Part shown: positions 11,804-23,799 of the stretch, piece by piece
Layout of the letters: the number at the start of each line of letters is the position of its first letter
How positions within the stretch are numbered: the stretch's first letter is position 1
Notes under the pieces: model-generated
Told to the model about the DNA's origin: nothing
Database searches by the model: none
The model's input: the letters and a program-made list of their open reading frames with translations, nothing else
Origin: Anthoceros angustus
Taxonomy: Eukaryota > Plantae > Anthocerotophyta
DNA: 53,881 nucleotides
Direction: 5' to 3'
Assembly: GCA_010909165.1 (NCBI GenBank)
Contig: MU008180.1
Coordinates: 1-53,881 of the forward strand
Translations under genes and position numbers: made by a program

Positions 11804-12224
11804 CCAGCATCGCCAGCAGATATTCAGTCGCCTCAGCCCCCCTTTATTGGTTGCTCAAAGTCGATCCTTAGTCCGAGGCGACATACCGTGAGATGGTTCA
11901 TCAAGCAAACTACGACTCAGCCGTGGGAATCCGGTGTCCAGTGAAGCATGTTGAGTGATGCATGAAGACACGCAAGATCACCGGATCCCTAGCCGGCCAG
12001 ACAAAAGGCGCGATGGCCATCCGGTCATGCTTTAGATTGACAACCCGGATCTATCGCATATCCAGCATCCATCATCCGTTGCAGCGTCGGCGCTATCACC
12101 ACACGACACCAATTTCTAACAGCCGCCAGCGACCATCGGTGGTAGCAAAACATCGGGCGTCTGCGGCGCTATCAGCATGGTTCCAAGCAAGGGAGGCCAA
12201 AGAAACCGCCAGCGAGATGGTCAT

Positions 12225-13142
12225 CGTTCCCAACAAGCAATCCGTGAGTGATGGCAGGAGGAGATAAACTAGTAATCGCCCAACCGTGAAGCTTGTCCAA
12301 AAGGCCCTTGCCTTCAGCGGACTCCCAATTTTCCAGTGTGATCCTGCAGACGAGTCAGGGCACATCCAACCGTGGTCGCAACGCGTTAAACTAGGTCGAC
12401 GTCCGGCCGCAAGCTCAAGCAATCATCTAGGCGACTATGCCCATCTGCAGTCACACACATGCCGTCCTATCGACCATTCTCATGCAATCTTGTGTCCGGC
12501 AGACCGTCAAGTGATTCCAAGCAGACGATACCATCCATTGTCATTCAACTGCGCTTGTCCCGACGTACGTTTCTCCTCCCACCCACCGTCATTCCTTGCT
12601 TCCTCGTGTCAAACATCGACCTCGCCTCACAATCGTCGAGCAATCTAGCACCCACCAGTAGTAGCATGTCGTACGCATCACTCACCCAATTTCAATCAAT
12701 CGCAAACGGCCACGGTGGTAGTAAACCATCAGTCGCTCACGCTTGCGCCATTTGTATGGCTCCATGCATTAGCAGTAACCCTCAAACTAGATGGTCATCG
12801 CTTTCAAGCAAACCATGAGCGATGGCATCAGGGAGCAGCAAAACCATCAATCGCCCAACCCGTCCGATCAAAAAGCGCCCAGAGGCCCTTGCGGGTTCCG
12901 ATTTTCTAGTGTGATCCTGCGATCGGTCAGCAGGCACATCCCACCGTGGTAGCAGCGTGTTACGCAAAACTAGGTTGGCGTCCCAGCCGCAAGCATAAGC
13001 GATCATCCAGGTAGCATAATGTCCATCTGCAGGTCGTCACCCGTATGCTATCCCTATAAACCATTCATATGTAATCTTGTGCCCAGCAAATCGCCAAATG
13101 AAGCCAGACAGTCAGCATACCACCTATTTTCTGTCATTCAAC
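12225..13142. repeat. Tandemly duplicated ~330 bp block (12225-12550 and 12802-13142), partial third copy 14981-15063
   Basis: Shared CAAGCAA.CC.TGAG.GATGGC, AATCGCCC, AGGCCCTTG, AGTGTGATCCTGC, AAACTAGGT, TGTCATTCAAC. Confidence 0.85.
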
Positions 13143-13489
13143 CTAAGCAGGCCCTTGAGTCAGTATCCCAACGGATGACAATTCCAGTACATGCATCCAA
13201 TACGAGGCATCCGCATAAAATGTAGCGAACAACGACACATTCATAGCCACGTCCACCGCCGGATCAAGTATCTTGTGTTGATCAAACCGTATTTGAAGTA
13301 AGACACAAACCCTAGCAATCATTGAGTCATCTATCCAACCGCTTCTAGATCATACCCGAAAACAAAACTTTGAAGTTTAGAAGACTAGACCATGGATGAC
13401 CAAATCAAGGTCTAGCTTCTTGGATGCAAAGATGGTGTTGGTCAACACCCTCCCCTTCCCTTCTTGCCCACCAAAAGGGATCTGCTTTG

Positions 13490-13790
13490 GATCCTTGGTG
13501 AGACGGGATCCATTGCACATCCACTAATTCTAAGGTTGCATAGTGAAGTAGAAGAGAGGAGAAAAGGTTCAACCTTGGTAGCCATGGCTAGCTTGGGGAG
13601 GCAACGCGACAAAGAGACCAAGGTACTAAGGTGATCACGCAAATAGAGGCGGAGCAATAGAGAGAATGACAATCATCAAAGGTAGAGGCTAAGCATAGGA
13701 GAGGAAGGGAGGAACCCCAACCAAAGTTTGGAGGAAGGGATTTCATTGGGTAGCAAATTCTATCCAACCACCGGCTCACAAGTTATATAA
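13490..13790 (-). pseudogene. Leucine-rich-repeat (NLR-type LRR-like) gene fragment
   Basis: Stitched - strand frames: RICYPMKSLPPNFG.GSSLP.L, FDDCHSL, LSTLVSLSRC.PKL, TSLCNLRISGC, resembling LxxLxLxxCxxLxxLP repeats. Confidence 0.45.
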
Positions 13791-15406
13791 TCCTATTGGG
13801 CAGCCATTCCTACCAATGATAACCCACAAGGAATCAACCCATCTTTAACAAACATGCACATAGGTCGATCCCTCATTTATAGCCTAGTAGTATATATTAA
13901 AAGTGAAACAAGGTCCGAGGTCATAAATGTACACATGGCCCATATGAGGTGTTAATATGCCCAAGTGGGTAAGGCACTATGTCCTTCTACCAATAAAAGG
14001 TGATAGCCATTGGAAAAAGGCAAGCATATTCATATTCTATTCACTCCATAGTTATCAAGAGTCTAATGGTGCATTTTTATGGGTTAGACACCTCTCTAAG
14101 GTCAAAAACAAAACATATGAAAGATACTTGTAAACATCACGCTTCCAAGTTTATTATCCAAAAAGACAAATAAAACCTGCATACATATTAGACTATCTTG
14201 AATTAAAATTTATCTCAAAAATCAAGGAAAACAACCATATTAGTAAGAAAATAATAAAGGGTAAATAATAAAAAAATCAATAAAAATTCCTTCACAAATT
14301 AGTATTACGTAAACATTGAAGGAATAGATTTACTTAGTTCATCGATGGGATGTTTGGGATGGATAAACATCATTTAGAAGCACCAATCTATGGGCACACA
14401 AAGGGCAAATTCATGGATCTCATAGGAACATAACTCTCTCTTGGATAGATGGATAGATAGATGATAGATATCCTAGACTACATCGTGATAAATGCATGAT
14501 ATTTCGTCATTTCACAAAGGTGATGTTTAGAGATAGATGTTAAAGTCCAATCCATGGAAGGATTTTCGAAGTCGACTATAGGTCTCTTATTCCATAAGTC
14601 GCCCCTATGTGTGAGAGATCCAAGATATGCCCACCCTCCTTGGTGCCAAAATATCACATTTGTATCGTGCACACATGATTACGTGAAGGCATGTGTGTCC
14701 GCTGGCTCTGTCACCATGGTACATAGTTAGACGTCCTATCGAATCAACCAAAGTAAGCGGTCTTTGATTTCTGCCCGTCTTGATCCACCCACCGCAAATC
14801 CAGCGTCCACCAGGCGTGCTATGCACCATATAGCACCTCATAGCACCATTTTCTAGCAATCAAAAAAAAAAACCACCGGTAGTAAAATCACAGTCGCTCG
14901 CTGCGGGCATGTGTGCCACTTGTATGGCACTATGTATTGGCAACATCGGAACCCTCAAGCCGGATGTTCATCATTCCTGCAAGCAATCCATGAGCGATGG
15001 CGGCGGGAGCAAAAAGCGAATCGCCCCACTCATCCGATCGGAAAGCGCATTCAAAGGCCCTTGTCAAGCGATAACCGAATAAGCATCCATTTGATGAGCA
15101 TCGCTTTTCGATCTCCGCCACAAACTCACATACATCATTGCGAAACCACCGCCAGACGTGCCGTTGTATGCGCATCTTAGTCTCCCACATCACACACCCA
15201 TATGTATCATTGCAACTAAGAACGCGTGCACCCACCGCCGCCTCGTTTTCTCTCAAGTCTCAGAGTCTAAGCTATCACACACTTCCTTGCAACAAACGAG
15301 GCCCACTACTTGTATCATTTTTCTTGATTGCACACGGTCATTACCATCAGTAGACCATCATGCATTCTCGCGGAGCAAACGCCGGGTCATCAATCCCGAA
15401 CCAGCC

Positions 15407-16010
15407 GTGGTAGGAAAACCGGGCACTCAGGAGGTCCTCCCACTATGGCCACACTTATCCAATCGCGTTAGGGTTGGGTTTCCCCCATGAGACTCGTGAA
15501 AATTCAGGTCCCGTGACAGCGATCGCTACCTCAGGAGACACAACTTCGCCTTCTACACGAGCAAGGCGCCTACTCTCCCTCTTACAGTGCACCACTTGCC
15601 TTTGCTCGAAAATCGCCAATCCTCGACCTAGCGACACAAAACAATTGAGGTCCCGCCTCAGCCAGTCGAGGAGCCTACCACGGCGCCCGGGGACCCCATC
15701 CACACCGCGATTTCGTCCCTACTTCTAAGACCACTCTTCTCCACTCGGGGAGGCGCTCTTTTACTTGCAGGTTGGGATTCGTCCCTTAGGCTCTACCAGG
15801 CCTTCCACTAACACCTACACCTCTAATCCTCACTCATCTCCTCATCCTCCTCATCCTCTTCCTCCTAGTCTAACCTCGGTTTGGGTTTCGACCGCCCTTA
15901 CGGCACAAGCACAGGGTCGGCCTCCACCCGGCAAAGTTCTTCCTTGGGCCTTGTGGAGTTTGACACCATTCGGCGCCACTGGGGAGTCCCGGCTCAATCT
16001 CCAGCCGAGT
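15407..16010 (+). repeat. Family B LTR-like repeat, copy 1
   Basis: GTGGTAGGAAAACC..., TGGCCACACTTATCC, CCCATGAGACTC, AAGTTCTTCCTTGGGC shared with 28720-29603 (-) and partly 22830-22950. Confidence 0.8.
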
Positions 16011-16439
16011 GAGGAAGCGGAGGAGAGAACTCTTGGAGGAAGCTACATGTGCTAACATTTTCAAGGGTTCCGTTGAGGAAGAAGAGGCAGTTGTTTAAGA
16101 GGAGGAGGTTGTGCTCACGGACAACAGAGGAAGGAGGTTGTTGCCGAGGAGTTGCCGATCAAGGGTGAGGGTCAAGAATCCGAGCCAGTTAGTAATTTCC
16201 AAGGTACATCTTCCGCTCAAGAGGAGGACTTTTTCGGGGATTGTCGAGCTCTTCTAGCTCGATTTTGTCATAGAGGAGGAAGGCAAGAGGGTGAGATTTG
16301 GCAAGGAGAAGTTGGGGTATGAAATCTAATGGCGCCGCAAGGTCTTGATCGAATTATTGCCCTTGCCCTTTCAACCTTGCTTGTTAGGAGGATCGAGGCG
16401 CTTGTGTGCCCAAGTCTGTATAGTACATCCCGCTTGCAG

Positions 16440-16700
16440 CTGATTTGTTTACGCCAAGATTGCGGTGGAATTGCTGGGAGGTGTGCCCACAGTTTGTGGA
16501 CGCCCTTGACCATGATAGGAGGAAGCAGAGGTGGTGGGAGTCACACCCACACCGCCAGTGTGAGATTTGGGAGAAGAAACGAGATCACATGTTGGTCCGG
16601 GTTGAGAACTCGCAAGGAAGAGGGGAGTCTTTGTATGATTATGTAGAGGGATTTATGGTTACTTCAAGAGAGTACCACCACGTCCGCCAAGGAGTGACCT
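16440..16700 (+). pseudogene. Gypsy gag (retrotransposon gag domain) remnant
   Basis: WWES...W...QGRGESLYDYVEGF resembles the QxxxESvxxYxxRF major-homology-like motif of gypsy Gag. Confidence 0.6.
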
Positions 16701-18689
16701 TTTCCGATAAAAGTTCGAGAAGTTCTGAGGGAATGTATGATGCTATAGAAGACGAGAGCTAGAGTCCGTAAGGTAGCAAGGATTTCTAAGTACCTAGGTG
16801 TAGAGGAGATGGTAGAGTTGAAGAAGTTGGGGAGCAACATGTGAATGAAGGTCTCATCGAAACTGAAACGACTTGAGGCCATGATGACCGATTTCGACGA
16901 CGAGGAGTTGCCAAAGCCCGGTCAAGGGGAGGACGTGAGTTGTAGACAGCCTAAGGATTGATCAGCAAGACTTGTTGCCAGCAGAGAGGCCAAATGAGCA
17001 AGAAGGGAGAATTGTGAAGAGTTGCAGCAGACAACTGGAACCGAGAGAGGATAAGAGGCGCCAGCATGGGCGCGAGGAGGAGGCTGAAATGCCTCAAGGG
17101 TGAGCAGAGGGCTAAGTGAGGCCATCACGATGGCAAAGAAACAAAAAAAGAGCACGCCAAACACAGGAAGGCGCCCACTTGGCGAGGTCGGCGCCATGAG
17201 GCCGCGAGGAGGAGAAGGCCCTAGGGAGGTGGACACGCCAGAGGGCGAAGGAGGAGATGCGCTTCATGAAAAGTTTGAGCGTAAACCGAAGGGAGAGAGT
17301 TGGCGATCCGTGGCAATCACCAAAATTCACCATGGAGGTGCAGCAAGGCGAGGAGGTCGCCATGGGAGCGCGATCTGACCTGGACATGAGGCTAGGCCAA
17401 CAAGAAGGGAGGAAATCGGAACTTGGTTGGAAGGAGTCAAACCGACCGCAAGCCGGAAAACTTGCGATTGGCAAGGAGGAAACGGTTTTGTGAATGAGGT
17501 TGAGCATGCGCCGTGGCAACGACGTGGGGTCTGCTGGTAAGCGAGTTAGGTGAGGCCACGATGGTGGCAAGGATGATGGAGAAATTGCAAGAAATCGCAA
17601 TTTGGAGGAAGGAGAAGTGGCACACAAAATGGTGTGCCGAGGAGTCAGGTGCTAGAGCCCAGGAGCGAGGATGGCTCTATGGTGATGTGTATGAAGGAGG
17701 ATTGTGGAGAAATCACACCTCAAGATATGCTTGGAATTGCAAGAAGGAGCCGACCAATTCACGGTCGATTGAAATTGCTGCCGTGAAACCGCAAACGTAA
17801 GGAGATCGCTGCTAGAGCGCGATCTAGGGCTAGACATGAGTCTAGAAGGTCGGGAGATGGTGTACCAGCGATGATGCAGTCCACGACCAGTACCTGGATG
17901 CCCGCAGATCGACGCAGGTGAGAAGCTAGTTTTGTGAGCCGAGTTGAAGGTTGTGGCCAGACCAACATCCACCGTGAACAAGCTAGATGGAAACAAGGCG
18001 TGGCTGGCCTAGAGGTCAAGAGCAAGTCTTGATGCCTAGAAAGCCAAGGATCCGTGAAGGGAGTTTTGTGTGGAGATGCCGCAACCTAATGAATTGGGGA
18101 TTCGAGGCGAGGAGAAAGGGTGAGCACAAGAGGGCTGCAAGTGGAGGCCACGGTTGGCAAAGGGAGAAGAGAAAACGGAGAAATCGGAGGGACTCCCACA
18201 CATGGCGGTGTGGGAAGCGCAGATGATGGAGCCTCTGAGTAGGGACGGCTCGAGGATGGTGTGCATGGAAAGGAGCAAGAAATCGATCCAAGGGAGCTTG
18301 AAAACCGCAGAAAAGGAATTGGCGAATTCATGGGCGCCAAGGAAGCCACTTTTGTGGAGGTACGGCATGTCGAGAGTATTGTCGAGGAGCGCGAGCTAGC
18401 TCGGGCCAGAGCCTAAGGTTATCATGGCGGTGACCACCGCAAGAAGAGCAAGTTGACGACGCAGCGTGATACCGCAGCCGATGCAAGGAGCAGGCATCCA
18501 CGGGTCATAATGTACATGGGGCGCGCTACGCCCCTATGTCCGCCGGTGAGGTAGCAGGAAGTGGCAAAAGTGCATGGGAAGAGGAGGTTAGAACGTGAAG
18601 GACTCCCATGTCCACGTTATTGAATGGTGAGGTATGAAATTTCTTGGAGCACGGAATCCGGATAGTTTGTCTAGGGAAGGGCGTTGTCT

Positions 18690-18943
18690 TTCTCCCTAGA
18701 GCTGTGCCTTATTGTCTAAGAGATGGGGTCTTATACAAGCTTGGTTTGGATGAGAAGATCCGACGTTGTTTGAAGGGAAGGAAGCTTCTCTTAAAGAAGC
18801 TTTGCATGCGTAAGAGGTTGGAGGCCATTATTCAGTGTAAATCACGGTGAAGAAGATCTTAGATGTAGGCATTGTGGGCTTACAGACGCGGAGAAAGTGA
18901 CTACCAAGAAGACTCCATATTATTTAACGAATCATGCCGTGGA
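18690..18943 (+). pseudogene. Gypsy integrase remnant with catalytic core deleted
   Basis: YCLRDGVLYKLGLDEKIRRCL...TVKKILD fused directly to LWAY..AEKVTTKKTPYYLT..IMP; both halves align to the integrase at 52.8-53.9 kb. Confidence 0.85.
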
Positions 18944-19564
18944 CAACGGCCTCCTTGGGGTTAGGAAAGAAGTCGGGTTTGTTTTTTTTTCGTAGGTATG
19001 GAGTGTAAAATAAGGCGTAAAGGAGGAATAAGCACGACGCACGACGCTCGGAGTACTGACCCCGGTAGGTAACGATGGCACTCAAGGACCCCGACCGCAC
19101 CGAGTATCGGATAAGTCCGGACCCCACTCCGGTCGAATGGGTACGCCCAAGAAGGTAACTTAGAAGTTGGGGCGTGAGTTAGACGGCGCCACGTGGACGG
19201 CCCCGAATGGAAGATCAGCAGCCAGACCGTAGCATTGCCGGGTCACAGCAGGTATTCACGCCTGCACCGCGCGACAACAAGGCGAGTAGGCGAAGCGCAG
19301 GCGAGAGTAAGCCATGCGTGCTCGACGCCAGACAAAGAAAGAGCCACCCTCTCCGAGCTACTTCCGACGGCGAGAGGCAAGGAGGTCATTCTTCCAAGCA
19401 ACTTCGCAGCAATCTTGATGCTCTCGCGCCGACACCGCCCTCCGCGTTGTCTTTGTGATCGCCAGCACCTCCCCCGCCGCCGACTTCGCGAGGGAAGCAA
19501 CACGCCCGCGGCCAAGGAACGGACGATTGGAGCCTCACACTCCAACAGGGATGAGGAGCGGAAG

Positions 19565-21990
19565 ATGGGACCCAAGAAGGCGGCGGAGGTTTGGGAGCCA
19601 TGGAGCTTGGTGGAACGCAACATCCACCAAGCGCCACCCGACTGGGCCGTGGGCCGGAGGAGGCGGGGAGCTGGTCAAGGAATGGCACGGACGTTTTCCA
19701 GCCGTTCGACCTTCGGCCACGCCTAGTCCGAGTACGCCGAAGATGTTGGCAGCCCAACAAGGAGGTTTGGCCCTAAGAGCCTTCGAGGACTCCTAGGAGG
19801 TGGACCGTGGAGGTCCCGAGGGCGGTGTACAACCGCCCATGGGAGGAAATTGGGGCGAGTCCCGAACCTCTCAAGGCTGAGGAAGATAGAGGCGGCAAAG
19901 GCCGCCGAAGCTGTGAACGCAACGAACAACCAACGGCCGGGTTGATGCCTGACTTGCCGGACAGAGAGTGAGGGCAAAGGCTGTGATCATTGTCCATCGA
20001 ACATGCTCACCAAGGTAGATCACCTTGGTGACAATCACCGGTGTTCCCGCATGCGCCGCAGAGGAAGGAGGCGATCGGGAAGGATCATCTTCGCCAGATC
20101 AACTGAAGCTCAAGTCGAGGTGGTGTGAGGCCGTATCGCCGCTCTTAATTCGTGGGCACGCGAACCTCCCAAGGAGGGAGAAGAGGAAGACCGGCGGGGC
20201 CGGGCCGCCCACGGGAGGCGTAAGGGAAGAGCGCAGGAGGTGGAGGCCCGCCCGTCCGGAGCAAGAGAGCTGGAGGAAGACGATCGGGAGGGAATCCTTA
20301 TACGCCCTGAGCGGACTCGCCACCGAGGGAAGTGTGGAGGACATCCGCTTCCTCCTCCCCGGTGCCCCACCGAGCAAAAGAGGAGGCGGCCCTGTATGAG
20401 CGGGCGGAGCCGGCCCCGACAGACGCCACCACGACGGCATACCGAGGAGCCCCGACGGACTCGCCGGGGACCAAGAGGCGGAAGACGGTGCCACCCGCCA
20501 ACGCAGCACCTGACGGCGCCTGCGTTCTTGCCCCCGCCAACGGAGTGGCAAGAAGCCGAGGAGGCGATGGCGGGCGGAAAGGGACGCCCCCAAGGAGCGG
20601 GAGGCCACCGCGCAGCCCCAGAGCCGGGTCCTGCCTCCGACCGAGAGGCAAAGGGTCGCCTCCCGAACCCCTCACCCTCCGAGCCCTGGAGAAAGAGGAT
20701 AAAGGAATCATGCCAAGAGGGCCAAAGAAGGTGAGGCTCGACTGGACTCGTGACCTAAGGGTCCCGATTAGGTCCGAGAGCCCACCGACTCACTCGGCTG
20801 GGAGGTCCTGAGGATGAGAGATGCCCGCCCACGACGGACTTGGGGCCTCACTGGTGGCGCCTGTGGAAGAGACACGTGGTCCTGCCACCGGCCATGGACG
20901 GTATGCCTGGGACTCGGACGGCCGAGAAGCCTGTGGAGGTGGAGGCAACAAGGAGGCGATGGTGCTCCTCCAGAGCAGATGGAGGCGGCCCAGAGGCAGG
21001 AAGAAGGCGGAAGTCCTCGGCCGCATCGAGGAAGGGAACGCGGGAGGCGGAGCGAGGTCCGTCCGTGAAGACGACTAAGGTCCTCCAGTGGAGCACCGAG
21101 GCGCAGGAGGCCCAAGCACGGGTCAAGATCTCGCAGACGGGGAGGCGCAGAGGCGGAGAGGGCTCGCGACCGGCCGAGGCGGCCCGGCCCAACATCGTAC
21201 GGCCGAGGCAAGGCGCATGAGAAGCGGAAGCCGGCGAAGGTCGACCGATCACTATCGACGTGATCGGAACCGTGGAGGGAGACGGTCAGTAGCTGCCAAC
21301 TGGCCGGCAGCGGGCAAGAGCAAGCACTACGAGCCGTGAGGAGGAGCTGGAGGTCGCACCCGGAAATAGGGGACCCTGTGGTGCACCAGGAGGTAGAAGG
21401 CGAAGGAGCCGGAGGATGCAAGGATACCTTGAGCCGCAACTCCAAGACGACGGAGCAGCAGGGGTTCTCAACGAGAATCCAAGACTTCGAGGGAGATAGA
21501 GCGCCCAGCCGCTTGAAGACGGAGGAGAATAGGCGACCCAAGGAGTTTGACGCCGCGAGGCCGCAGCAGGAGGTGGAGGAAGCCGAGTCGGACGGGATAC
21601 CGCCCGCTCGGAGAAGGAAGTGGCGGACCTCGGAAGGATAAACGGAGGGAAGAAAGCACTGGAGGAGAAGCAGCGCCCGGCCAAGTGAGGACCATGGCCG
21701 AAATCAAGTGAGCCGGAACGACGACGGGAGGAGGAGAATGCCGAGCAGCAGCAAGGCCGCAGGAGGTGCTCTGAGGCCGGGTGGCATCGAGGAGTCCGCC
21801 CCAATTGGTAAGCCGGCAACGGAGACGGCAGCCGACAAGATGCCCACCGCCGAGCACCTCCGCGGAGGGAATACCGGGTGCCCGGCCCATGTGGAGGAGG
21901 CAATTCAACAAGTCGATTCCGACTTTGCCTACTACCACGCAGAGCTCCTCAAGGCTCTGGAGGTCTTGCGCCACCCTAGGCAGGTGAGCG
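19565..21990 (+). pseudogene. Extra ORF of family A (unknown protein, ~800 codons, frameshifted), copy 2
   Basis: Starts MGPKKAAEVWEPWSLVERNI; C-terminal CPAHVEEAIQQVDSDFAYYHAELLKALE; peptide-level conservation with copies 1 and 3. Confidence 0.7.
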
Positions 21991-22269
21991 GACTTCCAGA
22001 AGGGTCGGAAGGAGGAGCGAGGGAGGAAGGACCCGGGGACAGCGCAGCCACGGGGACCCTAGGAGCGCTGTTTGATGACAACAGCAGCAGCGGCGAGGGA
22101 GAGCAGCGGGAGGAGCCGGACGGAGGAAGGACACCGACCGAGGTAAGCACTGCACTCCGCACTCGAAGGGAGGAGGCCCCGGGAGGCCGTGGAAGGGCGC
22201 AACCGCACTCGGGAACCAAGGGAGGGCTCTGGATGAGCCCGTGATCGCCCGTGAGGAGGCAACCGAGCG

Positions 22270-22570
22270 TGGGTCGGACTTTGTCCGACTCGAGGAAGGC
22301 CGAATCTCAAGTCCGCCCTCAAGGAAGTCCTGGACTTAGAGGTCCAGACTAGTGACGCAGACGGACCCGAGGTCCGGACCTGTGGGAAGGGTTGGGCCCG
22401 GAGGACCGGACGGAGGCAAGTCAGCCCCGAGGTCAACCCGGAAAGAAGGCCGGGCCCCGAGGTCCGAACCCCAAAAAGAAGGCCGGACACAGAGGACCGG
22501 ACCCGAGGGAAGGCGGACCTAGAGGTCCGGACCGAGTCGAGACGGGGTCCCGAGGTCGAGACTGGGAGCG
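22270..22570 (+). repeat. ~30-bp degenerate tandem array (core CCGAGGTCCGGACC)
   Basis: Core recurs at ~22367, 22426, 22457, 22490, 22519, 22550; equivalent arrays at 5240-5400 and 46360-46510. Confidence 0.8.
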
Positions 22571-22829
22571 GGGAGAGCCACCGATCACCAGCCCCAGCAG
22601 ATCCATCTCTTGGAGGGCCCGCTGCGCAAGGGCCCGCCAGAGAGATAAGAGAGGAGGGGGAGGAGGACCTAGTGGTGACCGCCGTTGTCAGGCCGCCGCC
22701 GGTAGCGCAGCCTGACAAACCCTCGGGGAGAGGTAGGGGTCCCGCCTCGCGGATCATCCAATTGGGTGCGCCGCAGTTGTCAAGGCTCGGCTTTGGGCCG
22801 CCGGTGCCAAGACGGAATCAGGGGCCATC

Positions 22830-22950
22830 TGTGGTAGGTTTGCCTAGGTCACCCGGAGCTCGCCTCGGTGGCCACACTTATCCCACGGTTGTTGAATACG
22901 AGGTTCGATCCCAAGAGATTTGGTTCGGATTGTTACAGTCGCCTCTCACC
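22830..22950 (+). repeat. Family B LTR-like repeat, 5' fragment
   Basis: Begins TGTGGTAGG, contains GGTGGCCACACTTATCCCA. Confidence 0.6.
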
Positions 22951-23199
22951 TCTCGCCTCATCATCCCGCCCGTCTACTTGTCCTGTGGGCAACAAGCGGT
23001 GTTGTGCGTCAGGTTGCCCGCCCACGGCTCCGCTCCACGCCTTCCAGGATTCCCTACTTATCCACCCCAACACTCTCCTATGCCAACTACAACGATCAAT
23101 TCACTCTGGCGACACCCGCATAACCTCTTCACCATTCTCAAAAGAAACATAGCTCACGACCACCACATACAAACTCACTTCATTCGATCCCAAATCTAA

Positions 23200-23700
23200 C
23201 TCTACTATAGCGTTCGCGGTTTACGCCTCCCTTGCGGCTGGCACAGGGGTGACAGCTAATGGGTATTTCTCTCGGGCGATTATGCAAACACACAGCGGCG
23301 TAGTCGGCGCCGATCCTCTGGGAGGCCAGCAACACAAAGTACATCCAACAACAATCTTTCACGAGAGGAGGAGCTGCGTTGGCGAACCCCACCGCGAGGG
23401 GCCTCGGCCGAACCACCCTTCGCCTTCTCGTCGCTTGGCGGGGCGGTCCACACACACACACAAAGGGATGCGGGAGGCGAAGAATGCATGGCAAAGCAAG
23501 GTCCGTGTTTATTCATCCTTCCACCCTCCCTTTTATAGGTGGGTGAGTCGGTCACTCGTGCTAGTTTAATGCTAGGCGACTTGCCAAGTCCAACAATAGG
23601 ACTCTTCGGCCTTGCGATTCATCCTCTCATTTCGGTCCGACTCACCTTGACGAATATCCTATCTGTCTATCTGCCACTCTTAAATACTCACACTTCCCAA
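23200..23700 (-). repeat. LTR related to family A LTR (TATA plus polyA signal)
   Basis: On - strand TATAAAA (23531-23537) followed by AATAAA (23508-23513) and CCTTTGTGTGT, same arrangement as 46038/46017/45970; boundaries uncertain. Confidence 0.55.
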
Positions 23701-23799
23701 GGTGTGCACCACTTGGGACAAAACGTCCTCTTGAAAAGGTCCTCTGACATCCTCGTTGCTTTTGTTAGCCCTCTGACTTCAATGTCTTCCCCTTGATGG

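Larger units (their letters stand above)
18943..22829 (+). mobile_element. Family A gypsy 3' region, copy 2 (pol tail, extra ORF, tandem array, PPT, start of LTR)
   Basis: Collinear with ~49960-46180 (-) along its length. Confidence 0.88.

Noticed and set aside
14443-14470. GATA-type microsatellite as a functional site
   Set aside because: Short, imperfect simple repeat with no supporting context.
15973-15986. tRNA-Arg-like PBS GGCGCCACTGGGGA
   Set aside because: Family B homology continues past this site and the other copy lacks the motif.
19184-19204. tRNA-Lys-like PBS CGGCGCCACGTGG
   Set aside because: Not conserved in the homologous position of copy 3 and lies in the 3' region after integrase.
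20768-22757. Long - strand ORFs (257, 205, 232 aa) and 46594-47400 (+, 268 aa)
   Set aside because: Antisense shadows of the GC-rich extra ORF; low complexity, no motifs, not conserved as peptides between copies.
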